From the NCBI GenBank assembly GCA_964291415.2, contig OZ219917.1:520610-584609 (forward strand): 64,000 nucleotides of DNA, given 5' to 3'. Below, in pieces: positions 40,114 to 54,254 of this stretch; within the stretch, counting starts at the first letter, position 1, and each line of letters opens with the position of its first letter. Origin of the DNA: Alphaproteobacteria bacterium. Lineage in GTDB: Bacteria; Pseudomonadota; Alphaproteobacteria; SP197. Position numbers and translations under genes: made by a program. The notes below the pieces were generated by a model. It did no database searches. It worked only from the letters and a program-made list of their open reading frames with translations, and was not told the DNA's origin.

Positions 40114-41069
40114 GCCTTCAGGGTTTCCGGCGGTGAGCGATGCCATACATGGAGGCTGTGCAGGGCTTGTGCAACCTCTTCCGGAGCAAGATCGTCGAGC
40201 GCGTCGCGGCGCAGCACCGTCACGCGCGGACCGTGGGGTCGTGAAAGCGCCGGGTCGGATGCCCTTGAGAACAGAACGGCGCAGGCGCAGCCGGTCGTGG
40301 CGGCGATATGCATTGGCCCCGTATCGTTGCCGACGGCGAAAACCGCGTGACGCGCCAGGGCAACGATCTCCTCGAGACTGGTTCGTCCCATCATGTTGAC
40401 GATGGCGGGATCGGTGGCGGCAATCCGTTCGAGGACATCGGCTTCGTGCGGACTGCCGATGAGCAGGGGCGTGATGCCGCGCTCGAGCATGAGGCGGGCG
40501 AGAGTGGAAAAGTGCGCGGCCGGCCATCTCTTTTCCGGACGGTGCGGCGCACAGCCGGGCACCATCAGCGCCGTGTGGCCGACGGGCATGCCGGCGGGTG
40601 GCGGAGTGCGAATCATCGACAGGTCGGGAGGCAGGATCCGCGGTACGCCGGCGCGGCGCAATTGACGTGCATGACGCTCGACGGGGTGGTGCCGCACGAG
40701 TTCGCGGCGATGGTTATGGAGGGTACAGCCACGGGCCACACCCGACCACTCGGGCCGTGGCCGCCGCAGCAGATGGTAGTAGGCGCAAGTGCGATCGGAG
40801 ATCTGCAGATCGTAGACGCGCTCGAATGCGCCGGAATCGAGACGTCTCTTGTGAGCCAGGATGCCGGCCGGCTTCCACCACACCGGCCGCCGGTCGATCC
40901 AGACTTCGTCGAACCAGCCGCCGGCGCGGCCAAGGCCGGCATAGGCCGGGCGTGTCAGAAGCACGATGTGGGCGGTGTCGTGGAAGGCGCGGATCGATGC
41001 GAAGGCGCCGCTGGCCATGACGAAGTCCCCGAGGGCTCCAAGCCTGATGACGAGAATCCTTCCCGTCAT
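40110..41069 (-). CDS. glycosyltransferase family 9 (heptosyltransferase-like)
   Basis: [27 protein letters not shown] ... [11 protein letters not shown]. Confidence 0.85.
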   Translation of the reverse strand: MTGRILVIRLGALGDFVMASGAFASIRAFHDTAHIVLLTRPAYAGLGRAGGWFDEVWIDRRPVWWKPAGILAHKRRLDSGAFERVYDLQISDRTCAYYHLLRRPRPEWSGVARGCTLHNHRRELVRHHPVERHARQLRRAGVPRILPPDLSMIRTPPPAGMPVGHTALMVPGCAPHRPEKRWPAAHFSTLARLMLERGITPLLIGSPHEADVLERIAATDPAIVNMMGRTSLEEIVALARHAVFAVGNDTGPMHIAATTGCACAVLFSRASDPALSRPHGPRVTVLRRDALDDLAPEEVAQALHSLHVWHRSPPETLKA

Positions 41070-42214
41070 GGCGGGGCGGTCAGTTCCCGATAGACCTCAA
41101 GGGTGGCGTTGCACATGTTGCCGAGGGCGAAATGCGACACCGCATGGGCCCTGGCGATCGCTGCATACCTGATGCGCGCCTCGGCATCGAGATCCAGAGC
41201 CGTGTTCAATGCCCCGGCCAGGGCGCCGGCGTCGCCCGAGGGCGTCAGCCATCCGGTCACGCCCTGGCGGACGGTTTCGCTGGTGGCGCCGGTGTCGGAC
41301 GCAACGACGGGAACGCCCATGGCCTGCGCCTCGACAGCGACGCGCCCGAACCCCTCCGGAAAGAGGGAGGGCTGCACGACGACATCGGCGAGACGGTAGG
41401 CTGCCGGCATGTCGTGACAGCTGTCGATGAGTGTCACCCGCCCCTCGAGGCCGGCCTCGAGAATGCGGTTCTCGATTTCCCGGCGCAGTGCGGGACGGGC
41501 ACCGGCCACACCCACCATCAGGCACATGGCGTCGCGGCTCAACTGCTTGAGGGCGTCGATCATGACGTGGTGACCCTTGAGCCGTGTCAGGCGTCCGGGA
41601 AGCATGATGATGGGAACGCCATCCGGCAGATTCCAGTAGTCCGCCAGGGTGGTGATGCGGTCAATGCTCACAGCCGCCGGGTCGAACCGAGCCATGTCGA
41701 TACCGCGGAAGATGCAGCGCAGCCGGTCCTCCGGGACTCCGTACTCCTCGCGCACGTGACGGGCCACGTATCCGGAGATGGCGATCACCCGGTCGCCGCG
41801 CGCCATCACGGAGTTGTAGAGCCGCTTGGCCCTGGAGTTGACCGTGTAGGGGGCATGGAATGTGGTGACGATCGGTGTTCCCGTGCGCCGCGCCGCAGCC
41901 AGTGCGGACCAGGCTGGCGCCCTGGAACGGACATGAATGACGTTGACTTGATGAATGCGGATCAGGTGGATGAGGCGCAAGGTGTTGAGAGCGATGGTCA
42001 GGGGATTCTTGGAGGCGACGGGCATTGCGACATGAACGGCCTTGGTGTGCAGCAGATCAGGCACGAGCTCGCCCCCCTGAGAGGTGACGAGGGACTGCAT
42101 GCCGGCGGCGTTGAGCGCCCGCGAGATATCGATGACGGCACGTTCGGCGCCGCCGATCTTGAGTTGCGGAATGACCTGGAGAACGACAAGAGAGCCGTCG
42201 GGACGCTCAATCAT
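41066..42214 (-). CDS. glycosyltransferase family 4 (GT-B, GT1-type)
   Basis: N-terminus GGAERAVIDIS. C-terminus EGFGRVAVEAQAMGVPVVASDTGATSETV (E-x7-E region). The stop overlaps the GT9 start (ATGA). Confidence 0.85.
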   Translation of the reverse strand: MIERPDGSLVVLQVIPQLKIGGAERAVIDISRALNAAGMQSLVTSQGGELVPDLLHTKAVHVAMPVASKNPLTIALNTLRLIHLIRIHQVNVIHVRSRAPAWSALAAARRTGTPIVTTFHAPYTVNSRAKRLYNSVMARGDRVIAISGYVARHVREEYGVPEDRLRCIFRGIDMARFDPAAVSIDRITTLADYWNLPDGVPIIMLPGRLTRLKGHHVMIDALKQLSRDAMCLMVGVAGARPALRREIENRILEAGLEGRVTLIDSCHDMPAAYRLADVVVQPSLFPEGFGRVAVEAQAMGVPVVASDTGATSETVRQGVTGWLTPSGDAGALAGALNTALDLDAEARIRYAAIARAHAVSHFALGNMCNATLEVYRELTAPP

Positions 42215-42261
42215 GGTATAGAGACACCTGCCGCTTGCACCAAGCAACCATGGTATAGGCC

Positions 42262-43032
42262 ATGCCGGATACAGATACGAGATGGCTCGAGCGCGACGAC
42301 GGGATCGCTCTCGCCTACGCCCGCCGCACCGGCACCCGTCCGGGGGTGGTGTTTCTCGGTGGCTATGCCTCGGACATGTCGGGGACGAAGGCGACGTGGC
42401 TCGAGGAACGGTGTCGCCGCCGCGGGCGTTCCTTTCTGCGCTTCGATTACAGTGGTCACGGCCAGTCGAGTGGCCGTTTCGAGGATGGCACCATCGGCGC
42501 CTGGACAGCGGATGCCCTGGCGGTTCTCGATTCCCTGACCGAAGGGCCCCAGATCCTGGTCGGTTCCAGCATGGGTGGCTGGATCATGCTGAACGTGGCC
42601 TTGGCGCGTCCCCGGCGCGTGGCCGCTCTCGTCGGCATTGCCGCAGCGCCCGACTTCTCGCAGGACATCTTCTGGAGCCTCTCGACCGAAGAGCAGGGGC
42701 TGCTGCAGCGGGCCGGTGCCATCACGGTCGAGGAAGGAGACGGCAGTTACACGGTGACCCGCGGCTTCATCGAGGAGGCGCGCCGTCACCTCGTGATGCG
42801 CCGCTCCATTGCCATCGATGTGCCGGTGCGGCTGATCCATGGCATGAGGGACTCCTCGGTGAGGTGGTCGCTCGCCCTCGACCTCGCCGCCAGGCTGGCG
42901 ACGGACGACGTTCGCGTCCACCTGGTCAAGGATGGTGATCACCGCTTGTCGCGTGAACCGGATCTTATGCTGCTCGGCCGGACACTCGACGGGCTCGAGG
43001 ACGCCGCCAGCGCCGCCAGCCCCTCGCGATAG
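42262..43032 (+). CDS. alpha/beta-fold hydrolase
   Basis: Nucleophile elbow GSSMGG, a HGxxD region, and a C-terminal DGDHRL catalytic His. Confidence 0.8.
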   Translation: MPDTDTRWLERDDGIALAYARRTGTRPGVVFLGGYASDMSGTKATWLEERCRRRGRSFLRFDYSGHGQSSGRFEDGTIGAWTADALAVLDSLTEGPQILVGSSMGGWIMLNVALARPRRVAALVGIAAAPDFSQDIFWSLSTEEQGLLQRAGAITVEEGDGSYTVTRGFIEEARRHLVMRRSIAIDVPVRLIHGMRDSSVRWSLALDLAARLATDDVRVHLVKDGDHRLSREPDLMLLGRTLDGLEDAASAASPSR

Positions 43033-43850
43033 GAGGGATAGCGCAGCCGAACGCCGAGTTCCTCCCTGATCTTGCGGTTGGAGACGCGCTTGTTGTCGGC
43101 ATAGAAGCTCGCAGCCATGGCGGAGAGATCCGCATTCTCAAGGGCCACGGGCCGGGGCGCCGTTGCCCCGAGGAGGCGGCAGGCGTACTCCGTGACACGC
43201 GCCGGTGATTCGGGTTCATCGTCGCACACGTTGTAGATGGCGCCTGGCGAAGGTCTGGCGATGGAGGCCTTCAGCGTGGCCACGATGTCGTCGACATGGA
43301 TACGCGAGAAAACATGTCCCGGCTTGATGATGCGCCGCGCCTTTCCGGCACGCACCTGTTCGAGAACCCCGCGGCCCGGACCGTAGATTCCCGCCAGTCG
43401 GAAGACATGCACCGGAAGGCCATAGCGTTCATGCATGATGAGCCAGGCCTGTTCTGCAGCAACACGCCGCGCTCCGCGTTCCGTCGCCGGCGCCGCCTCG
43501 TCCGACTCGTCGACCCAGTTCCCCTGACGGTCCCCGTAGACGCCCGTGGTCGAGAGATAGGCCAGCCAACGCAGATCTTCGAGGCGGGCGAGGATGTCGG
43601 CGTGGTGGACCAGCGGCAGCGGCGCCTCACCGGGGACCGGCGGTATGGAATCGATGACATGCGAAGCCTGCGACAGAAGAGACGCGGCCGCTTCGCTGCC
43701 GAATGTCACGGCCTCGATTCCCTCACCGGCCAGCTCGGCAATCCGTTCCGGATCGCGCACGGTGCCGGCGACCTGCCAGCCTTCGGCCCGAAGTTCGAGG
43801 GCAAGGAGGCGGGCCGTGTATCCGAGGCCAAGGCAGAAGAGTCGGCTCAT
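42939..43850 (-). CDS. NAD-dependent epimerase / SDR-family oxidoreductase
   Basis: MSRLFCLGLGYTARLLALEL ... YPSYREGL. The start forms ATGA with the queG stop. The 3' end overlaps the convergent hydrolase gene by 94 nt. Confidence 0.78.
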   Translation of the reverse strand: MSRLFCLGLGYTARLLALELRAEGWQVAGTVRDPERIAELAGEGIEAVTFGSEAAASLLSQASHVIDSIPPVPGEAPLPLVHHADILARLEDLRWLAYLSTTGVYGDRQGNWVDESDEAAPATERGARRVAAEQAWLIMHERYGLPVHVFRLAGIYGPGRGVLEQVRAGKARRIIKPGHVFSRIHVDDIVATLKASIARPSPGAIYNVCDDEPESPARVTEYACRLLGATAPRPVALENADLSAMAASFYADNKRVSNRKIREELGVRLRYPSYREGLAALAASSSPSSVRPSSIRSGSRDKR

Positions 43851-44974
43851 CGGATGTCGGATCCCTCGATCCACTCGCGCCTGACCTGAGGGTCATCCTC
43901 CGCGGCGAGGTGGCGTGCCCTGGCGGCAGCGAAATGCGCCGCCGGCGCCAGGCGGGAGAGTGCCCACACCGCCATGGCTCTCACCAATGCCGAAGGATCC
44001 GCCAACCTGTTCTCGACCACGGGAAGGGCGTCACCATCTCCGCTGTTGCCCAGGGCGATCATGACATTGCGCACAAAGCGGTCGCGGCCCGTGCGCTTGA
44101 CGGCGCTGGCCGTGAAGAGGACGCGGAAGGCAGCGTCATCGAGGGCGGCAAGGCTCGCCAGCCGCGGCCGTGTGAGTTCGGACCGCGGCAGGAAGTCAGC
44201 GTCCCTGGCAGCCCGGGCGAACTTGTTCCACGGGCAGACGGCAAGGCAGTCGTCACAGCCGAAGATGCGGTTCCCCATGGCGGCCCGGAATTCCCGGTCG
44301 ATGTGGCCCTTGTGCTCGATGGTGAGATAGGAAATGCAGCGTCGCGCATCGAGCCGCCAGGGTGCGGGAAAGGCATTGGTCGGACATATGTCGAGACACC
44401 TCCGGCAGGATCCGCAGTGGTCGCCTTCTGCCTCGTCCGCATCGAGTTCCGCCGTGGTGACGATGAGGCCGAGGAAGAACCACGAACCCAGCTGCCGCGA
44501 CACCAGGTTGGTGTGCTTGCCCTGCCAGCCGATGCCGGCGCGGCCTGCCAGCGGCTTTTCCATGACAGGGGCGGTGTCGACGAAGACCCTGACCTCGCAG
44601 GATGCCTCGCGGGCCAGCCATGCGGCCAGGGCCTTCAGGTGTCTCGAGACCACCCGGTGATAGTCCCGCGCCCGCGCATAGCAGGAAATCACACCGCGGC
44701 TGCGCGCCTTGAGGTCCTCCAGGGGGCTGGTGTCCGGACCGTAGTCCCTGGCGACGGCAATGACGCTCCTGGCGCCGGGCAGCAGGGCCTGCGGGTCGGC
44801 GCGATCTGTCAGGCGCCCGGCCAGCCATGCCATGTCTCCGTGGTAGCCTGCCTCGACGAAGCGCTCCAGATCCTCGCGCCAGCGCGGATCGCCTGTCGCA
44901 CGGGTGACGCCGCATGCGGCAAACCCGAGATCCTGCGCCTGCTCCTTCAGACGGCTGGAAAGCGTCACCGCCAC
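43847..44974 (-). CDS. queG: epoxyqueuosine reductase
   Basis: Two 4Fe-4S motifs (CGSCRRCLDICPTNAF, CDDCLAVCPWNKF), the N-terminal QueG domain and C-terminal HEAT-like repeats. Confidence 0.9.
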   Translation of the reverse strand: MAVTLSSRLKEQAQDLGFAACGVTRATGDPRWREDLERFVEAGYHGDMAWLAGRLTDRADPQALLPGARSVIAVARDYGPDTSPLEDLKARSRGVISCYARARDYHRVVSRHLKALAAWLAREASCEVRVFVDTAPVMEKPLAGRAGIGWQGKHTNLVSRQLGSWFFLGLIVTTAELDADEAEGDHCGSCRRCLDICPTNAFPAPWRLDARRCISYLTIEHKGHIDREFRAAMGNRIFGCDDCLAVCPWNKFARAARDADFLPRSELTRPRLASLAALDDAAFRVLFTASAVKRTGRDRFVRNVMIALGNSGDGDALPVVENRLADPSALVRAMAVWALSRLAPAAHFAAARARHLAAEDDPQVRREWIEGSDIR

Positions 44975-45085
44975 GACGGCTCGCTCCGCCGCCTCTCGGC
45001 AACGTCGCCTTCGTCTCCGGGAAACGTGCGGTGTCCGGGACGGACTCCGATCCGGTGCGGGTGCGCAGAGGTCCGGCGCACCCGC

Positions 45086-45760
45086 TCAGAAGTCAGGGTC
45101 GGCATAGTGATCGTCCGGCGGCATGCCGGCGAGGCGGTCGTGAAGGATCGGCCGGAATGACGGCCGCGACTTGATCCTGGCGTACCATTCGCGGGTTGCC
45201 CGCGAGGAGGACCAGGGCATGTCGCCGACATAGTCGATGCAGGAAATCTGCGAGGCCGCGGCAATGTCGGCGAGACTGAAGCGCTCGCCGGAGAGCCAGA
45301 AGCGCGTCGCCAGCAGCCTTTCCATGTCGTCCAGGTGCAACCGCAGTCTGCCGCGTGCCGCCGCCAGCACCGCGGAGTCGGGCTTGCCACGCCTTTGGCG
45401 CCACTTTTGGATTTTCTCCTCGATGATCATGCGGGTGACGTCCTGGTACATCCTGCCGTCGAACCAGGCGACAAGGCGGCGGGTTTCCGCACGTTCGGCA
45501 GGATTCCTGCCAAGCAGATCCGGCTCCTCGTGGATGTCCTGGAGGTACTCGACAATCGCCTGGCTGTCGGCAAGGGCGGACCCGCTGTCATTGATGAGGA
45601 CAGGAACTTCGCCGGCCGGAATGAGGGCACGGAACTCTTCGCGCTGCAGCGAGGCGTCCTCCCGGGTCAACGAGAAGGCCACACCCAATTCGTCGAGGAC
45701 GACCCTGACCTTGCGGCAGAACGGTGACATCGGATCGTGGAACAACTCGGGCAAGACCAT
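45086..45760 (-). CDS. glutathione S-transferase family protein
   Basis: The N-terminal thioredoxin-like fold has SPFCRKVRVVLDELG. A C-terminal GST_C helix bundle follows. Confidence 0.82.
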   Translation of the reverse strand: MVLPELFHDPMSPFCRKVRVVLDELGVAFSLTREDASLQREEFRALIPAGEVPVLINDSGSALADSQAIVEYLQDIHEEPDLLGRNPAERAETRRLVAWFDGRMYQDVTRMIIEEKIQKWRQRRGKPDSAVLAAARGRLRLHLDDMERLLATRFWLSGERFSLADIAAASQISCIDYVGDMPWSSSRATREWYARIKSRPSFRPILHDRLAGMPPDDHYADPDF

Positions 45761-45828
45761 CCCTCGTGGTGCGGCCGGGAAGTTTATGGACCGGCCGACG
45801 GGGTGGATTCAACCATCCTGCGGCAGGT

Positions 45829-50339
<4,511 letters not shown>

Positions 50340-50343
<4 letters not shown>

Positions 50344-51740
50344 GGCGCGTCCAGCTCCTGGTGAATGGAATCGGCCGCCTGCCTCGCATCACGGATCGCC
50401 CACACCACCAGCGATGCACCGCGGGCGATGTCACCGGCGGCCCACACCCCGGGCACGCTGGTCCTGCCCGACGGACCGGCAGTCTTCACGGTCCCGTCGG
50501 CCTCGGTTTCGAGATCGTCGAGCGAGAACATCTCTGCGACCGGTTCGGGGTCGAACCCCAGGGCCTTGAGTACCAGCGTTGCCTCGATGCCGAACCCCTT
50601 GCCCTCGACCCGCAGTGGCCGCCGCCGCCCGTCGTTGTCGGCGTCTCCAAGGCGCATGCGCGACACCTTCACCGTGGCCACCCGGTCGTCGCCGTCAAAG
50701 GCCTCCGGGACGGACAGAAACTCGAAAATGACCCCTTCCTCGATGGCATAGCTCACTTCTCGCTGGCTGCCGGGCATGTTGTCGCGATCACGGCGGTAGA
50801 GACAGGTCACGGCGCGCGCCCCCTGACGCACGGCCGTGCGCACACAGTCCATCGCCGTGTCGCCGCCGCCGACGACAACAACGCGGTGACCGGCGGCATC
50901 GGGAACTGCGCAATCGGCGACATCCATGCCGAGACCGCGGCGGTTGCTGGCGATGAGGTAGTCGAGGGCGGGGACGATGCCATCGAGTCCGACTCCGGGA
51001 GCCCGGATGTCGCGTGCCTTGTAGACACCGGTGGCAAGCAGCACGGCGTCGTGCCGGGCGCGCAGATCGGCGAAGGCGATGTCGCGTCCGATGTCGGTCC
51101 CTGGATGGAAGGTGACACCGCCTTCACGGAGCAGGTCGACGCGGCGCGAGACGACATGTTTCTCGAGCTTGAAGTCGGGGATGCCGTACATCAGCAGACC
51201 GCCGGCCCGGTCGTGCCGGTCGTAGATCTCGACCCGGTACCCGTAGCGCCGGAGTCTGTCGGCCGCCGCGAGACCGGCCGGCCCGGCACCGACGATGCCC
51301 ACCGACTGGTCGCGTTCGCGCACCGGTACGGGAGCACGCACCCAGCCGTTGTCGAATGCCGTTTCGGTGATGTAGCGTTCGATGGTGCCGATGGTGACCG
51401 AATCGAATCCCTTCTCGATGACGCAGTTGCCTTCGCACAGCCGGTCATGGGGGCAGATGCGGCCACAGATCTCCGGGAAAGTGTTGGTGGCCGAGGCAAT
51501 CGCGTAGGCCTCCTCGAGCCGGCCTTCGGCGGTCAGCGCCAGCCAGTCGGGGATGTTGTTGTGAAGCGGGCAGTGAATCTGGCAGAACGGGACACCGCAC
51601 TGCGAGCAGCGCGAGGCCTGGGTGACAGCGCTCGCGGGAATGAACTCATCGTAGATTTCGCGAAAGTCGCGACGGCGCTCCCCGGCGAGGCGCCTGTAGG
51701 GCCGTTGTTGCGGCACGTCGACAAAGGAAAGGAGGGTCAT
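50340..51740 (-). CDS. gltD: glutamate synthase small subunit (NADPH)
   Basis: CSQCGVPFC...CPLHNNIP clusters and [14 protein letters not shown]. The stop overlaps the gltB start (ATGA). Confidence 0.95.
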
Positions 51741-52013
51741 GGGAGCTGACGCGGGAAAATAGGTCAGACATTATGCCACAATTCTGCGACGGCGCCACCC
51801 TGATCTTTCGTGTTTGGTGAAAGGGAGCGCAAAGCTCTTCATTTCAAGTCAGCATAGCTGACCTTTATTCGAGCTGTGTCTTTCCATATGCTGAACCATG
51901 ACCGGTGAGACCCCCATGATCTTGGTGCCTCCGCCCGGGGTGCCCATGGTGCAGCGCCATCATCTGAAGATCACCGGCGCCGCAATGCGGGGGTCGTTTC
52001 AGATGGGTGTATC

Positions 52014-52790
52014 ATGACGTGGTTGCAGCTGGCCGTGCTGGCCCTTGTCCAGGGCATCACCGAGTTCCTTCCGGTGAGTTCGTCCGGTCACCTGGTTCTC
52101 GCGTCGAACGTTCTGGACTGGCCGGACCAGGGGCTGGAGATCGACATCGCCGTCCACGGCGGCACCCTGCTGGCGGTCATCCTCTACTTCCGCAAGGAGA
52201 TTGTCCGCCTCTTGAGGGCCAGGGAGGCCGCCGACCGCCGTCTCCTGGCGGTCATCATCGTGGCGACGGTGCCGGTGGGTGCGGCGGGCGTTTTTGTCCA
52301 TGCCACGGGTACGGACATGCTGCGTGATCCGGCGCTCATTGCCTGGACGACCCTCGGGTTCGGACTCCTGCTTCTCGTGGCTGACAGGCTCGGCGGGACG
52401 GAGCGCCCGCTCGAAGGCCTCACCTGGCGTGGCGCCTTGGTAATCGGGCTCTTCCAGGTGGCCGCCCTTGTTCCCGGGACAAGCCGCGCCGGGGTCACCA
52501 TCACGGCGGCCCGCTTTCTCGGCTACCGGCGGACGGACTGCGCCACCTTCTCGATGCTGCTCTCCATTCCGGTGATCGCCGCCGCCGTGCTGCTGGCGGC
52601 CGGCGACATGGCCGCATCCGCAGACACGGCTCTCACCGGTCCTTTCCTGGCGGCAGCGGCGCTCTCGTTTGGCGCCGCCCTCATTACCATCCGCCTCTTC
52701 ATGGCATGGCTGGCACGGGCATCCTTCACCCCCTTCGTCATCTACCGCGTGCTTCTCGCCGCCCTGCTCCTCGCCTGGCTTCACCAGTAG
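52014..52790 (+). CDS. uppP: undecaprenyl-diphosphate phosphatase
   Basis: MTWLQLAVLALVQGITEFLPVSSSGH ... PGTSRAG. Confidence 0.93.
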   Translation: MTWLQLAVLALVQGITEFLPVSSSGHLVLASNVLDWPDQGLEIDIAVHGGTLLAVILYFRKEIVRLLRAREAADRRLLAVIIVATVPVGAAGVFVHATGTDMLRDPALIAWTTLGFGLLLLVADRLGGTERPLEGLTWRGALVIGLFQVAALVPGTSRAGVTITAARFLGYRRTDCATFSMLLSIPVIAAAVLLAAGDMAASADTALTGPFLAAAALSFGAALITIRLFMAWLARASFTPFVIYRVLLAALLLAWLHQ

Positions 52791-52878
52791 CACGCCGCGC
52801 CCCGGCGTTCGGGTCGCGTCATGACGTGCGCCGCCGATGAACCTGCAAACCGGCATTCCGGACAGCGGCCCGCCGAGG

Positions 52879-52910
52879 CCCTGGGAATGGTCCGGTGCCC
52901 CATTCCAGGG
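52879..52910. terminator. hairpin between convergent uppP and NDUFA9-like genes
   Basis: CCCTGG(G)AATGG-9 nt-CCATTCCAGGG: about 11 bp with one bulge. No flanking T-tract, so its function is uncertain. Confidence 0.3.
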
Positions 52911-52946
52911 AGGTAACCCTGCCGCACGTCGTGTGCGGCGCGCCCG

Positions 52947-53924
52947 TTACCCGGGAGCGCTGCCACCTCGGCGGTAGAGGGAGAGATAGGAAGGCACCAC
53001 CAGTTCGGGGGCGGTGGCCTCGATGCCGAGGTCCTTCAGGGTGGCGGCATCCGGGGCCACCACGTTGTCGGATTCGAGAAGCAGGGCCTGATCGTATGTA
53101 AGCGGTGGCTGCGGCAGGCGCTCGAGGAGACGCCCCGTGAGCGGTGGCTGTGGCAGGCGCTCGAGGAGACGCCCCGTGAGGCGTGCGGCGGCGAATGGCA
53201 GCGGCAGCAGCACGACACGCCGGCGCGTCTCGCGCCGTATGAACTCCATGAGATGGCGGAAGGTCGAGATCACGGGTCCGCCAAGTTCGAAGGTTCGTCC
53301 GCGGGCACCGTCATCGTCGAGGGCGGCGGCAATGGCCGCCGCGACATCGTCGACATAGACCGGCTGGAACCGCGTCGCACCGCCGCCGAAGAGAGGAATG
53401 ACCGGAGAGCGGGCTGCCAGGCGGCCGAACAGGTTGAAGAAGCCGTCTTCCGGTCCGAAGACGATGCTCGGCCGGAGAATGACAGCATGGGGCATCGCGG
53501 CCTTCACCGCATCCTCCCCGGAAGCCTTCGAGCGGGCATAGGAGGAGGGCGCGCGGTCCGAAGCGCCAATGGCCGAGACATGGACCATGGCGCGCACTCC
53601 CTCTGCCGCTGCCGCCCGGGCAATGTCGCCGGGGCTCTCGACATGCAGCCTGGCAAAGGTGCGCTGGCCCCTTTCGTAGAGAATGCCGACCAGGTTGACG
53701 ACAGCGTCGGCTCCGGCGATGCGCTCTCTGACCTGGCGCTCGTCGGAGATGTCGGTGGCGACGGCAACGATCTGTCCGACATCGCCCGCTGTCTGCAGGA
53801 AGGCGGCTCTGCGTGGCCGGCGCACGGCAACGATGACCCGCCAGCCACCGGCGGCCAGCCGGCGGACGGCATAGCGACCGATGAAGCCGGAACCGCCGAA
53901 GACAACAACCGTCCCAACAGCCAT
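52947..53924 (-). CDS. NAD(P)H-binding, complex I NDUFA9-like SDR protein
   Basis: MAVGTVVVFGGSGFIGRYAVRRL follows CTGGAGG. The ORF track extends it to 54125, across tRNA-Leu, which is spurious. Confidence 0.85.
   Translation of the reverse strand: MAVGTVVVFGGSGFIGRYAVRRLAAGGWRVIVAVRRPRRAAFLQTAGDVGQIVAVATDISDERQVRERIAGADAVVNLVGILYERGQRTFARLHVESPGDIARAAAAEGVRAMVHVSAIGASDRAPSSYARSKASGEDAVKAAMPHAVILRPSIVFGPEDGFFNLFGRLAARSPVIPLFGGGATRFQPVYVDDVAAAIAAALDDDGARGRTFELGGPVISTFRHLMEFIRRETRRRVVLLPLPFAAARLTGRLLERLPQPPLTGRLLERLPQPPLTYDQALLLESDNVVAPDAATLKDLGIEATAPELVVPSYLSLYRRGGSAPG
53101..53178. repeat. 39-bp in-frame tandem duplication inside the NDUFA9-like gene
   Basis: 53101-53139 and 53140-53178 differ at one base (C versus T at 53112 / 53151). 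This gives the protein repeat TGRLLERLPQPPL x2. Confidence 0.95.
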
Positions 53925-54040
53925 GAAGACCTCCAGCAACACCGGCTGCGGATGATTGAGCCTTGAGGGCAAGGCGTCAATTGCCCAGAGGGTGTTGCCA
54001 CTTGACAGGTTTCCCCTGCGCCCACTAGGAGAGGCGTCGT

Positions 54041-54127
54041 GCCCAGGTGGCGGAATTGGTAGACGCGCAGGTTTCAGGTACCTGTGGGGGAGACCCCGTG
54101 GAAGTTCGAGTCTTCTCCTGGGCACCA
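54041..54127 (+). tRNA. tRNA-Leu (anticodon CAG), CCA encoded
   Basis: GCCCAGGTGGCGGAATTGGTAGACGCGCAGGTTTCAGGTACCTG...GAAGTTCGAGTCTTCTCCTGGGCACCA. Anticodon stem CAGGT/ACCTG, loop UUCAGGU, long variable arm. Confidence 0.95.
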
Positions 54128-54254
54128 GCGCCGCCCGACCTTGTTCCTGTGGGCAGGTGCGGTTAGCCTTGCCATGCTCTGATCGCCTGTCAATCCGGCG
54201 TCTTCCCGGGTTCGCAGGCGTGGCGGGTCAGCCCTCTTCCACCTCAGCTGTCAC

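Noticed and set aside
54002-54030. TTGACA at 54002-54007 upstream of tRNA-Leu as a promoter -35 box.
   Set aside because: No acceptable -10 hexamer lies at 16-18 nt spacing (only CTAGGA or TAGGAG), so a promoter cannot be called.
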